Shown one piece after another: positions 27,701 to 44,227 of a stretch of DNA of 64,000 nt. The DNA comes from the human T2T-CHM13v2.0 reference genome, Homo sapiens, in NCBI RefSeq assembly GCF_009914755.1, contig NC_060925.1; one strand, written 5' to 3'. Under the pieces are notes generated by a model. The model was not told where the DNA came from. It ran no database searches and was given only the letters and a program-made list of their open reading frames with translations. Every line of letters begins with the position of its first letter. Position 1 is the stretch's first letter. The position numbers were made by a program, and so were the translations under genes.

Positions 27701-29899
27701 TAATAATAATAATCTCATTTGTCTATTTCCCTCTGATTCTGACCCTTTTGCCTCCCTTATAAAGACTCTGGGATTACATTGGGTGCATCCAGATAATCCA
27801 CAATAATCTCCCCATTTAAAAATTCTTACTTGAATAACATCTGCAAAATCCCTTTTGCTGTATAATGTACCATATTTACAAGGGTTTAAGCAGTTAGGAT
27901 GTGAACACCTTTGGGGAGCCACTAGTTTGTCTATCACACAGAGGAATAATTTAAAGATAATGCAGCTATTTCTTCTATATTTCTTTTGGCTTTGGTCATA
28001 TGTTTCTTTGAATTTTATATGTGAAATCATTATTTAGCTTTTGTAATTGATGTGAAATATTTCATTTTTAATTTTAAATGAATAGTATTCACTTTATTTG
28101 AAAGACAAAACTAAAAAATACATAGTTACACAGTGAAAAATATCCTTTCTATTCAATTTCTATCTGCCTTACCCCCACTTAATAATGGTAGTTTCTAGTC
28201 TATCCTTCCAGTTTCTTTAACCATAAACACACACATATAAATACATTCCTCATTGTTTTTTTTTTAACTCAAAACGTCTCTCTCTCCCTCCCTTTCTTCC
28301 TCTCTCTACATATATATGTTCTTCTGCAACTTATTTTTTCATTTAATATTGCATATTTTTTATAGCTACATAGTATTCCAATGTGTAGATGCACCACAAT
28401 TTATTCAACCAGTTCCACGTTGATGAATATTTATGCTATTTTCAATATTTTGTTATTACAAATAGTATTGCAATGTCTATCTGTGTATGTGTCATTTTAC
28501 ATATATGCAGATATATCTGTAGGATAAATTTCTGGAAGTGGAGATGACCAGTCAATAGGTAAACGCATTTACAATTTTGATACTGTATTTCATTAAATCT
28601 AAGCTGACATTTATTTCCAGAAGCATAATTATTTTATGTTCCATTAATAAACAAACTGTCAATTATAACTGCACAATGTTATTGATTGTAAGATGCATCT
28701 TGATTTCACATGGTAAACAGTGAAAAGTGTCTGACAAAGTCCTTTTTAAAAAGATAAGGTGCAATAGTTATTGCTAAATTGCTCTCCATGGGGCTTCTGT
28801 TGATTTGTATTCTCATTTGTACTGTCTGGGAGTTTCTGCTTCCCCGCAGTATTGACAATAGGATGTGTATATCAAACTTGGATTTTCCTACCAATCTTAT
28901 ATGTGAGAAATGGTGTTTTTAAATGCTTTTAATTTTCATTTCACTTAGTATGGATGAGGTTGAGCATTTAAAAATATCTGAGGACCATTTATATATTATT
29001 AACTGTAAATTGTCTATTCATATTCCTTGCCTGTTATTCTGTTGAATTGTTGGTCATTTGCTAATTAAGTCCCAGGAGCATTTATATTTTATCTCTTTAA
29101 GATCTCTGATATGAGTTACAAATATTTTCCTGTGATTTTCTTAATGGTGATTTTTTTAGACATGCAGAGCACTTTTTAAGAGCCAAACTTTTGTATTTTT
29201 TTCTTTTATGAGTTACAGTTAGAAATGCCTTCCCCACTGCAAGTCATAAAGGACTTCCTATTTTTTCTTTAACTACTTTAATGGGTTTTTTTTACACAAT
29301 AAATAATTGATACATCCGAAATTTATCCTGGTGGACATGACGTGATATAAAACCAGCTTTTTTTTCTGAGAAATGATATCTATTTGCTATGATATTGTTT
29401 TTGAAGTTCAAATTTTCTCTACTGAATTAAGATTTTTTAAGAGTGCTGTATATATTTATGCTAATTCTGCAGTTTTATTCTGCTGCATTGGATTATCTAC
29501 TGAGTCATGTGCCAGTAGCACACTGTTTAATTATTGAAGCCTATACTTGTTTTAATATCTGGAACAGCAAGTCCTCCCTAATTGCTCTGCTTTTTCAAAG
29601 TTTTCCTGGCATACTCATTTGTTTATTTTTTCATTTGAACTTTGGAATCAATTTGTCTGATTAAAAAAATGTTCAGCATATTAATTTGAAGGGTGTTAAA
29701 CATTTAAAGTGATTTAGGGATAATAAACATATTGATGGGTCTTCCTGCCACAGAGCTTGGTATGTATATTTTTTTCTTTAATGGTATGTATTTGTGTAAT
29801 ATTTGTCTAAATCTACTTGTCCTTCAGTAGTGTTTTATTAATTTACATTTTAATGATATAATTGAAGATTCACATTCAGTGTAAGAAATAATACAGAGA

Positions 29900-30029
29900 A
29901 GCCAGGCAAGGTGGCTCACGCCTGTAATCCCAGCACTTTGGGAGGCCAAGACGGCGGATCACCTGAAGTCAGGAGTTTGAGACCAGCCTGACCAATATGG
30001 TGAAACCCCATCTCTACTAAAAAAAAAAA

Positions 30030-30068
<39 letters not shown>

Positions 30069-30395
30069 TACACATATGTGTGTATATATATATATACACA
30101 CATACACATATGTATATATATACACACGTGTATATATATGTGTGTGTATATGTATATATGTATATATGTGTGTGTGTATATATATGTGTGTGTATATATA
30201 TATGTGTGTGTGTGTATATATATATATAAAATTAGCCAGGCTGGTGGCCAGCGCCTGTAATCCCAGCTACTCAGGAGGCTGAGGCAGGGAGAATCACTTG
30301 AACCCGGGCGGTGGAGGTTGCAGTGAGCCGAGATCCATTGCATTCTAGCCTGGGCAGCAGAGTGAGGAGACACCATCTTAAATAACAACAACGGC
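29900..30395 (+). mobile_element. Alu with expanded (TA/CA/TG)n microsatellite in its middle A-rich linker
   Basis: Left arm ends CTCTACTAAAA at ~30020; ~200 bp of dinucleotide repeat; right arm resumes at ATTAGCCAGG ~30231. Confidence 0.9.
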
Positions 30396-31899
30396 AAAAA
30401 TACAGAGAGATAGATGTAAATGTTGTGTAGTTTCCCCCAATGCTAACATTTTGTAAATCTGTAACATTTCTATAGTATACCTGCACAACCAGGATATTCA
30501 CATTGATATAATCTGCTTATTTTATTCAGATTTATCCAAATTTACTTGCACTCGTGTGTGTGTAATTACATATGGTTTTATCGTATGTGTAGGTTTGTGT
30601 ATCCATTACTACATCACTACAGTTAAGATAATAGCAGTCATGTTTTAAAGTAGTTTTCATATAAATTTCACACGTTTCTTAAGTTTGCTCCTAAGCATTT
30701 CATCTTTGTTCTTATTATAAAGGACTTTTTTCTCTACTACATTCTAACTGGTTATTAGTGGTAACAAGTGTATTAATACTTTTTATGTTTTAAGCTCGTA
30801 TCCACCATATTTTTTGATTCTCAAATTGTTTCTAGTGTTTTTAAAAATTGATTGTTTTGAGTATTTCGTCATATCATCCATAAATAGTGTTAGTTTTACC
30901 TTTTCTTTTCCAACACTTTAAAGGCTTTGTCTCATCTAATTGATGTGGTTGGCATATTTACAAAAAATATTAACATTGGAAATATTGGGTATCCTGATGT
31001 TTTTCACATTAGAGATGTTTTTCTCTATTAAGCATGATGTTGGCATTTGGACTAAAGTAGATATGTTTAATTATGTTGTGGAAATATCCACATATGCATA
31101 GTTCATTGAGTATTTCCACTAAGAATGATTGTTGAATTTTTCCAAATGCTTTTTAGCATTTTTGGAGATGATTATACAATTTTTATTAGATATACTAGTA
31201 TAATTATTTAATATAATAAATTTTCTAATATTGAGCCATCTTTGCAACCCTGAATAAACCCCACATGGGTCAAGATACATCATTCTTTTAATGTGTTGCT
31301 GGGTTTCATTTGTTAGTATTTTATTTAAAAATTTCATAGCAATATGCTAGTCAGGTTGGACTGTAGTTTTTTGTCTACAATTTCTGGGTTTCAGCATTAT
31401 TCTCACTCTTTTTCCATCTGAGTGGTCCTCCAGGACTGGTCTTTTGCCTTCATCTACAGGGCCCAAAGTGACTCCCTAGCACATCCTCACTCCAGCTAGC
31501 ATGAAGGGGAAAAGAAGTAGTGGAAGAAATCAGCCCCTATTGTTAAGGAGAAGTCCCAATTTCATAATTGTACTTACATCTTAGTGTTCAGAAGTTACAC
31601 CAAGATGCAGTGGAAGCTGATAATTGTTGTCATTATCATACACCTCTAACATGAAGTCTCTGATACACAGATTTATTAACGTGATTCTGTCCATTAGTCT
31701 GTCCTCCAGCTTTCCTTTGATTTCTTCTTATGTTTCAGTAGTGTTTTAAAGTCAACTTCATAAATATCTCACACATTTCTTGTTAATTGTCATTTATTCC
31801 TGTGCACCTTTTGTGGTGAGTTTTTTATTTCTCGGCAAAGTTTTGCGGCACTTTCCACTTTTTTTGTCTTTTATCAATGTCGTGCTAGTTTCCTCTTAC

Positions 31900-32900
31900 T
31901 ATTCATCGTTATGGGTAGTTCTTAAAAAAACAGTGAAGCCCTAACCCGCAGTAGTTCAGCAAGCTATGTTCTTTGAAAACAGGTTATTTATAAAGTAATC
32001 AAGTTAAATTGAGGTTATTAGGATGGATGCTGATCCAATATGACTGATGTCTTTACTAAAAGGGGGAATTTATCCCATTACTAAGTAAATATCCAGAGGA
32101 ATATAAGTCATTCTACCATAAAGACACAAGAATGTGAGTGTTCACTGCAGCACTATTCACAATAGCAAAGACATGAAATCAACCTAAAAACCCATCAGTG
32201 ACAGAATGGATACAGAAAATGTGGTACATATACACCATGAAATATTATGCAACCAGAAAGACAATGAGATCATGTATTTTGCAGGAACATGGATGGAGCT
32301 GGAAGCCATTATCCTTAGCAAACTAATGCAGAAACAGAAAACCAATATCACTTGTTTCCACTTGTAAGTGGGAGCTAAATGGTGAGAACTCATGTACAGA
32401 AAGAAGGGAACAAGAGACACTAGGGCCTACTTGACAGTGAAGGGTGGGAGGAGGGAGAGGAGCAGAAAAAGTAGCTATTGGGTACTAGGATGAGTACCTG
32501 GGTGATGAAATAGTCAGTAAAACAAGACCTGTGCCATTAGTTTACCTATATAACAAAGCCTGCACATGTCACATGTACCCCGAACCTAAAATAAAAGTTA
32601 AAAAATGGAGAAATTTGGGCACAGAGACAAAAATGCATAGGGAAGATGATGGGATGATTCGCAGGGGAAATGCCATCTAAAGATTGAGAATTGGAAGTAT
32701 GCTGCCATAAACCAAAGCATGCTGGGGCCACCAGAAAGTAAGAAAGGTAAGAAAGGATTCCTTCATAGGTTTCAGAGGGAACACAGCCCTGCCAACATCT
32801 TGATCTGAGACTTCCAGGCTCCAGAACTGTGAGACAATTAATTTTTGTTATTTTAAGCCACACGAATACTTAAGGTATTCGTTATGGCAGTGGTAGGAAA
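31900..32900 (+). mobile_element. MLT1-type LTR interrupted by an L1PA/PB 3' fragment (~32070-32600)
   Basis: MLT1-like ends (CTTCCAGGCTCCAGAACTGTGAGACAAT) flank L1 3' UTR text. Confidence 0.65.
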
Positions 32901-33509
32901 CTTATTTATCTATCAATTATTGAGTTGGATTTTTCTGGATCAGCAATTTTCAGGGATTTATTTTTGTGTGTTTGGGGAGGGTTAATGGGGAACCAGGGCT
33001 GTATTCCAGCTTCACACCCTAACGACTCTCTTCTGTGCTGCTCCTTTAGGCACAAATTGCTTCCTGCAAATATGGTTCAGCTGTGTGGATCTCTGTGCAG
33101 CCCTATCGTTTCAGGTTGTCTTTACCAAATAAATCCAGGAAGACTTAGTCCACCAGCTCTTCTTGCCTCTTGCACCCATTTTTGTAAGCTTTGTACTTGC
33201 CATGTAAACCATGGTAATGAAAGTTCATTATTTTTAACCTCAGGATCTCTCTCTACTCTGTTTGCTTTTTGTTTTTTTAAACCTCTTCCCTTATTCCTTC
33301 TGTCCTTTCTCAGTTACTTTCGTAGCCCTATGCTTATTTTGAAGTGTTTAGATTATATATGTTATTGCAAATGGAGTATGCAGGGTTTTTGTTATTGTTG
33401 TTCTCTTTGTTGCTTTTCTGTCATTTACAGAAAAGCAAGATGCAGATTTCCACAGTCATGTTCTTGAGTGAAGACTCATGAAGAACTTTAAAAAACTTTG
33501 CAATGGTTA

Positions 33510-33838
<329 letters not shown>

Positions 33839-33888
33839 TTAGAGAATGCATAAGACTACGTGGTGACTTTGTATTTTTCTTTTAGCAG

Positions 33889-34043
33889 ATATCTGATTGG
33901 AATAGTGGGAAATAATGGTGAGTTAACATACCAGGCCACTTAAAGAGAGCCACTTTGTCAATTTGTGTAGTTACAGAAACATCCCAATCCTGTTTCTCCT
34001 GAACACCACCCTACAGTGTCAGCACAGAACAAACCTCTCACAG
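33889..34043 (+). pseudogene. MCCC2-like relic exon D
   Basis: TAGCAG|YLIGIVGNNGELTYQA/(fs)LKESHFVNLCSYRNIPILFLLNTT..., versus MCCC2 [41 protein letters not shown]. Donor appears mutated (CAG|ATATGT). Confidence 0.88.
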
Positions 34044-35084
34044 ATATGTCACTTTGGAAGGAGATTTTTAAATGCTGTCAAAAAAGGCTTGAGTCTTGTG
34101 AATAAATGGGCTTTCTGTAATTTTTTTGTTGAAAAGTTCAGCAGAATAAGTGCTTCTGATACTTTTTGACCTGGCATCAATGAAATCTTTTAGCAATCAC
34201 TCCTTCAACGAATATTATATTTCTTGAGTGGGTTTAATGTGCTCAGCTCGTGTCTGAAGTGGGAGTTAAACAATAAGCAAAACAGACATTTCTATTCCCT
34301 TTGAAATCACAGTTTAATTTTGTTTGACAGGTTCTTACAGAAAAAGTCCCTGATAGGTTTGTTTTCAAAAGCAGAGCTAATACTTTTATTTCATGTTTCT
34401 TTTTATTAACTCCAGCAATAAAATGGTGAAGTCACTTTGTTACTTAGTCTCTGGAAGAATTAAATATGTTCCTATCTAATAGTTTTAAAAAATCCTGATA
34501 GCACTGTTATATTAAAGCTTTAGTTTTTTTCCCCTCTGAAAAATGAAGTCCCCACAGGATCCGGAACCAGGATTTAGAACTAGACAGACACAGTTTCAAA
34601 TCCTGATCTCATCACTGGGAAGTTATCTGGCCTCTCTTGAGCTTTGATTCTCTTGGCTGTAAAATAAAAAAAATAATAAAACCAACCTTTCTAGCTTGGT
34701 AGGAAAATTCAGCATGCAAAACCATGTAAAACTCCTAGCATGGCACATAGGAAGAGGTCAGTAAATAGTGTCTATTTCAGATTTTATAATTGTCGTAGTT
34801 ATTTATGACACTGTACCTTAAGTTAATCATATATTGTATACTCCAGGAATGGCCCCTAAGTGGCCTCCCTTCTACAGTCCTCTATTTTTATAGAGACTTT
34901 TTGAAATCATTATCTCTAACCCATACCCTTGTTTATTGCATTCTTCAGTTTTGTTCTTGTTGCTGTTAATGAAGATTTTTTAAATTTAATTTTGTGCTCT
35001 TGATTTTCTCTATTTAGTTAGCCTTTGGCCAATCGGTGATACTTAGGATGACTTCCTAGATGAGTAGACCTTGTAGCATAATTC

Positions 35085-35402
35085 TTTTTCTTTTCTTTTC
35101 TTTTTTTTTTTTTGAGACGGAGTTCACTCTGTCACACAGGCTGGAGTGCAGTGGCATGATCTCAGCTTACTGCAGCCTCTCCCTCCCGGTTCAAGTGATT
35201 GTCCTGCCTCAGCCTTCTGAGTAGCTGGGACTACAGGTGTGTGCCACCGTGGCTGTCTAATTTTTTTTTTTTTTTGTATTTTTGTAGAGACAGGGTTTTG
35301 CCCTGTTGGCCAGGCTGGTCTCAAACTCCTGACCTTGAGTGATCCTCCTGCCTCGGCCTCCCAAAGTGCTAGGATTACAGGCATGAGTCACTGAGCCCGG
35401 CT
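35085..35402 (-). mobile_element. Alu (S/J-type)
   Basis: Full antisense Alu. Confidence 0.9.
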
Positions 35403-35435
35403 GGATAATTCCTTTTCAATATGTCCTCCTTGCAG

Positions 35436-35545
35436 GCAGAAGATCTTGCCAGAAGACTGAGAACCCAGGCTTCCAAGATGGCCACAGCTGCACCAAAGAT
35501 CACAAGGTAATTGGTGGTTGCTTTCGCATCAAAAGCTATGCTGTG
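35436..35545 (+). pseudogene. MCCC2-like relic exon E
   Basis: TTGCAG|AEDLARRLRTQASKMATAAPKIT/(fs)VIGGCFRIKSYAV|GTAATA, versus MCCC2 ...[31 protein letters not shown]. Confidence 0.8.
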
Positions 35546-36549
35546 GTAATACATGTGAGGTATTTTGAATAGTAGGTTGCATAAGATGATTTTTCACATT
35601 TTCCTGTAAGGACTAAAGAGTACAGAAGCAATTCCAAATGGTGTCTTAATTCCAGGAACAGTCCAAGAAGGTGACAGGAATATTAATGCCAACTATGGTC
35701 CTGTACTTAGAAATACTTTTGATAGTCAAAGGTAAAAGTAGATACAGTTTGTTATAATGTTATAATCATGGTGATGAAAGACATAGTGATGTCAAAGAAA
35801 ATAAGAAATTTTGGGAGTCTTGTATTGTGACCTAGTTCTGCTCTGTAAGTAAATAGATGAACTTGAGGGAACTCATTACATTTTTCTACATCTGTTTAAT
35901 CAACAGAAATGTCAACTATAGTATAGTTAGAATCACAGACTGTCGAACCAGGCTGATGCAAATTGTTTTCCTATTTACCGGCTATTGAGCAAGTTAATTA
36001 ACCTCTTTGTGTCTCAGTTTCCTTATTTGTAAACAGAGATAAGTAGTATCAACTTCAGAAAGTTATTATGAGGATTAAATGAGTTAATGAACGGAAAATG
36101 CTTGGAAGAGTGCTGAGTACATAGAAAGTGAGTGAGTGAATGAGTAAGTAACTACGATGACCCCCTCTTCAGGCTGCCATTTGGTAGAGGGCAAGGGAGT
36201 GGCTAGCCATCGAGTAAGACCATGCTTTGCACCCACCATCAGCAAGGCTCAAGATAGTGCCTGCGTCCTCAGAATAAGCCTTCCCTTCTGCAGGTATCTC
36301 ATCTCCATCTGTGGGAACCAGGTATGAGGCTCTGAACAGTTCCTGCTCTGGCAAGACACCTCCACATCTTTCTCCCTCAAACATTCATAGCCTCTCTGCC
36401 ATTTTATGCTTCTGGTACACCAGAAATAATATCACAATGCCCTGCATCACTGTTCATATATTTCTTGGTCTGTCCCATACTCTGGACTTGAATTCTTTAA
36501 GACACTAGACACTGTCTTTTCTGTCCCAATCTCCTCCTCCCCCATTTGC

Positions 36550-38815
36550 TGAAGCCCTAGAATTCTCTGTGAATCAGCAATAAAACCTTATCTTAAATTT
36601 CATTTGTCAACTTTCTCTTCTTCTTTTTGTTGTAACCAAAACCTGGCTCTATATAATACTATATTTCTACTGCCTTTTCTAATGTTGAGTGTTTTATTTC
36701 CCAGACCCCTCCTATCCTGGGATTTCTAGGCCCTTCTCCCTTTCTCCTCCATGGAAAACGCCCAGCTTGAATCTCATGTTCTCAGACTGTACTCTTTATC
36801 CATCATCTCACCTAACGTAATTAGTTTAATACCTCCCAGATTGCTAACTTTCATTCCCTGAACATTTTACCTCTTGGGTCACTCATTCCATCCAACTTCA
36901 TTCTCATCATAATTCTGGAGAATTTCGACGTTCATTTGGGTAATTTTTAGTGATTTGTTGTGATAAATTGCTTGACCTCCTCTAACTCCTCTTTAGCCAC
37001 TCAATCCCATGTTCTATCCTTGATCTTATCATACTCCTTACTGCAAACTCTCAATTGCAGACATTCTACTTTGCAACCACCACCTCTTGTTTCCCTGATT
37101 TCAAAAATAATTTGGTCTGACACGACCAATAATCCACTCACTGTAACCACTATAATGTTCTATTTTACAATCTTACTCTGCTTAAATTCCATGACTGTCA
37201 TTATAACTTTGTTGCATAGATTCTAAACTTTATTAAGCTATCCAATGTATATGTGCTCTAGATTCCATCCTTTGTCTATCGATATTATCCTAGAATTTCC
37301 CTATTAAATCGTCATTTTTTCTTTACAAGATCATTCTTATCAGCATGCAAATATTCTGCAATTTATTCAATTAAAAAAACCCACCTTTTTGAATCCCAGT
37401 CTGTCTCAAGTTATCTTCTCATTATTCTCCCTTCTTTTACAGAAAAACTTGTTTAAGGCATTTTTTGTGCTTTATTCTGTACTTCCAATTTCCTCCTCTA
37501 ATTTTTTCTTGAATCCATGCCAATCAAGTATTTTTTTACCACCATTCCACAGAAACTTCTCTTAAAGTTAAACCAATGACTTCCACATTGCTAAGTAAGA
37601 GGTCAATTCCAATCCTCTTCTAAATTGATTGATTGCAGCATTTAGCATGTTTGATCATTCACTTGTTTTTGAAACACTGCTTCCATAACACCCACCCTGT
37701 CTGTTTTCTTTTTCTCCTATATATTTTTTGCTCTTTCTTTGCTAATTCATTCTTATCTGTCTGACTGGTAAATGTTAGCGTGACTTAGAGTTCAGTCTTT
37801 GAACCCCCTTCTTCCTCTGTCTCTACCTCTTCCTTAGGTGATCTCATTTAGTTTTATGGCTTTAACTACTAAAGCCATACTATGTGGTGATGACTCCCAA
37901 ATTTATATCTGCAGCTCTGACCCCTCCTCACCTCCAGAAACCTGTATCCAGCAACTTACTTGATATGTCATGTGGATAGTTAGAGACATCTCAAACTTAA
38001 CATGTTCAAAACAATTCCTAATATTCATCTATAAACAATTATTAAACTATCCTCATGCCAACTTTCCCATAAATGGTAATTACATCCTTCGAGATGCTGG
38101 GTAGAAAGATTTTGGAGTTATCTTTGACTCCTTACATTCTCCTCCCACCCTAGTCTGTTAGAAAATTATGTTGGCTCTCTCCTCAAAATATATTCAGAAT
38201 TCTATTTCTTATCACTTTTCATTCCATTTTTGTAGTCCAAATCTTCATCCTCTTTCACCTGGATTACTGCAATTGTTTCCTAACAGCTTCCCCTACTTCT
38301 GCAATATAGTCTGAGAATGGTACCCAAAATATGTTATTAAAATGTAAACCGGATCATCTTACATCTCTGCTCACAACTCTTTTATGTTTTGCAGTTTTCA
38401 AGTCAGCATGTCATCACATATCCTCCCAGTTCCTAAGAGCTCTCTACCTCTCTGCCCTCAGTCTCCATACTCCTTCTTTACTACTCTCTGCCCTCAGTCT
38501 CCATACTCCTTCTTTACTACTGTGGATTCTTCCCTCGTACATGATTAACTTTCACCTTGTCAGAAAGACCTTCCCTGGCCATCCTATCTAAAATTTCAAC
38601 CTTCTCCCAACATTTCATGTCCCCCTTCCCTACTTTATTTTCTTCCCTTAACACTAACCAGTATCTAACATACTTATTTTTACTTACTTATATTGTTTAT
38701 TACCTGCTTCACCCACTAGAAGGTAAGCTTCATGAGGACAGGGATATTTGTGTGTTTCTTTCACCACGGTGCTTGGAATAGAGCCTGGCACACAGTAGAT
38801 AATCAGTCAATACTG
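36550..38815. mobile_element. Degraded L2 LINE
   Basis: L2-like text (ATGACTTCCACATTGCTAA, ACTCCCAAATTTATATCT, GCCTGGCACACAGTAG). Confidence 0.65.
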
Positions 38816-38920
38816 AGGATATTATCTAATTCTAAGTGCATGTAGAACTCATAATCCTTATGCCTTACTGTCTTATACATAATTTTCAAAGCTAGAAAGA
38901 ACCATAAAGATTATGTCATC

Positions 38921-39286
38921 TAATATGGTTTGACTCTGTGTCCCTACCCAAATCTCATCTTGAATTGTAATCCCCACATGTTGAGGGAGGGTGGCTGGTG
39001 GGAGGTGATTGGATCATAGGGACAGTTTCCCTCATGCTGTTCTCATGATAGTTATTGAGTTCTCAGGAGGTCTGATGGTTTTAAAAGTGGCACTTTCTCC
39101 TTTGCTCTCTCTCTCCTGCTGCCATGAGAAGACATGCCTTGCTTTCCCTTCACCTTCTGCCATGATTGTTAAGTTTTCTGAGGCCTCCTCACCTATGCGG
39201 AACTGTGAGTCAATTAAACCTCTTTTCTTCAAAAATCCCCCTTCTCAGGTGGTATCTTTGTAAGAGTGTGAAAATGGACTAATGCA
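38921..39286 (+). mobile_element. THE1D/MST-type MaLR solo LTR
   Basis: ATATGGTTTGACTCTGTGTCCCTACCCAAATCTCATCTTGAATTG...GGACTAATGCA. Confidence 0.8.
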
Positions 39287-39739
39287 TCATTCAATTACTC
39301 TAATGTTGAGGATACTGAAGAACAGAGGTGAAGAGACTTGTCCATACCCATATGGATGGCAACAGAGTCTTGCCAAATTCCTTTATTACATGTCTTGTAG
39401 TAACCTCTATGTTCAGCGTTTACCTTAAGACTTACATAACTTCATCTAAAACTCTAGGTATTCACACCATAATTTTAATTTATGAATATTTTTCTTAAAT
39501 GCAAAGTCTGCTAGTTACAAATGAACTCCCTTGAAGTCAGGAAAAAATGAAGTGTGCTCATTTGACACATCTTACTTACATGACACTAAGTACATTTATA
39601 GTTTGTGAGATTATGATTCTTCCATTCAATTTTTAAGACTATAAATTTTAGTATCTTCGTTATTCTTTATTACTGGGCTGTTTTTGATATTGTGGTTTAC
39701 ATATTTTGAATATACCTGTTATCTAAGGCTAACATTAAA

Positions 39740-42560
<2,821 letters not shown>

Positions 42561-42841
42561 TATGAAATTCACAGAATTCTACAAAACTGTAGGTTTTATT
42601 GCTCATTAGGAACGTAACTTGGCCTCCCTTTCCTCATCTTTAAAATGGTGAAAATAGTACCATGATGGGTGTAGTATGAGGAATAAAAATGCTTAGTAAA
42701 TAGTAGGCACTCGATAAATAAGGTTTTTTTTTTCTCTTGTCTTTCAGAGATTGTTTTCTCATTGAGATTGCATTGTACCAGATTTGGTATTCCTTAGGGG
42801 ATATGTTTATAATCTCTAATCATTGATACTCTTCCTATTAG

Positions 42842-42924
42842 GCTGAACAGAAGAAAATACTGCATTTAGCTCCTCAGCCAGACTGTGGGATGATGGAGTA
42901 ATACTGCCATAGAATCCTTGGAAG
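42842..42924 (+). pseudogene. MCCC2-like relic exon near the C-terminus
   Basis: CTATTAG|L/(+1)EENTAFSSSARLWDDGVILP*NPWK, versus MCCC2 [26 protein letters not shown]. TAG stop at 42910-42912; no intact GT donor. Confidence 0.88.
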
Positions 42925-44221
42925 ACAGACTCCCTTTGATGTCTGTTGGTCTTTTCTGCTTTAGAATATAGGACAGGGACTGTCTAGATTATCTGCCATG
43001 AGGCAGTTATCAGTTACTGATTACCCCTTGATGATATTATGTCAAAGATTTTATTATCTTTTCGTCTTGGCTGTGGCAAATATAAGGCACCAAAAATGGA
43101 AGAAAAAATAGGCTTCAAACAGCTTGTTATTTAAAAATAACTACTTATTAACAGGTTAATTTATATTAATTCAATTGAGTTATTTTTCTGAAAACAGATT
43201 TTCTTTTGTATAGATGGGACATAATTCTCTAGATCGCTCAGAGGAGTAGGTGTTTCCTAGAAAGTCCGAATTTACGAGTTAATCTCTCCCACATAACTTA
43301 AATATCTCTTATTCTAATTTAAGTTTTTAAAGCTTATATTCTATCTTGCACTTGAAAAGTAGCTCCTAAGTCTCCTTGCTCTAATTGTAGTGATAATTGT
43401 AATTGAGAATGCCAATGATGGTGAAATGGTATTAGCCAAATGTTATCGTAGATTTGCCTCTTTCCTTTCTTCACACATTGGTGATCTCTAAAGGGGATCG
43501 TACAGCAGGAGGAGATATGGTCACCTTGAATTGTGAGACTTGCTTCATAAAAAATGAATGGGAAGAAGCCAGGGAATCATTGATTGGCAAGGGTAGGAAG
43601 TGGAATTGTAGGAATTTTTTTTTTTAATTTGAAGACATTAAGTCTAAAACTTAGTAATTTTTCAGTAATTAATTTTCTACATTTTTTAAAAAATAGAAAA
43701 ATAGTTTTCTTTGTGGAATTCTGTTCATATATCATGTCTAGAGACAGGAACCAATGGATTGATATTTATCTACAGTGACATATTCCATGCAGTTCCCTGG
43801 CATTCTCTTTCTGTTTTGAGATTTTTAGTTCTATCTAGTAATTACTGATGGAAAAATAATGATTACATAAAAAAAATCTACAGGAATAGAAAAGAAGAAA
43901 AAGACCAGTACCCAAATCTTAAGAGCAGTTGAACTTAGATGAGCTCTGTATGATTTTACTTTACAATTTCTACTTTTTTGTATTTTTAGTTATTCTTTGA
44001 AAAGTATGCTTTACTGAGTATTTGTAATTTAAAAAATGAGTTTCCATCTTATCTAAATAAAGATCAAATGGATACATCAGGTACCCTGGTCAGTCTGTTC
44101 CTTCAACCTATTTTTACCTAGTCAAACACCATGCTGATCATCTTAGGTATCATGATCTGTAATGCTTTCAAGCATAAAACAGATACTAGAATTAAGATAT
44201 AAAACATTATTTTTGTCAATA

Positions 44222-44227
44222 TTTATT
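44222..44227 (-). promoter_or_regulatory. RPE65: Candidate RPE65 polyadenylation signal
   Basis: TTTATT on plus = AATAAA on minus, ~0.94 kb past the stop codon in an AU-rich 3' UTR. Confidence 0.6.

Noticed and set aside
32925-33467. 180-aa plus-strand ORF
   Set aside because: Low-complexity Cys/Leu/Phe-rich translation, non-AUG start, and no recognisable domain or MCCC2-family motif.
42964-43050. Possible terminal exon of the fossil gene (IGQG...YPLM)
   Set aside because: Similarity is weak and the implied intron (~39 nt) is too short.
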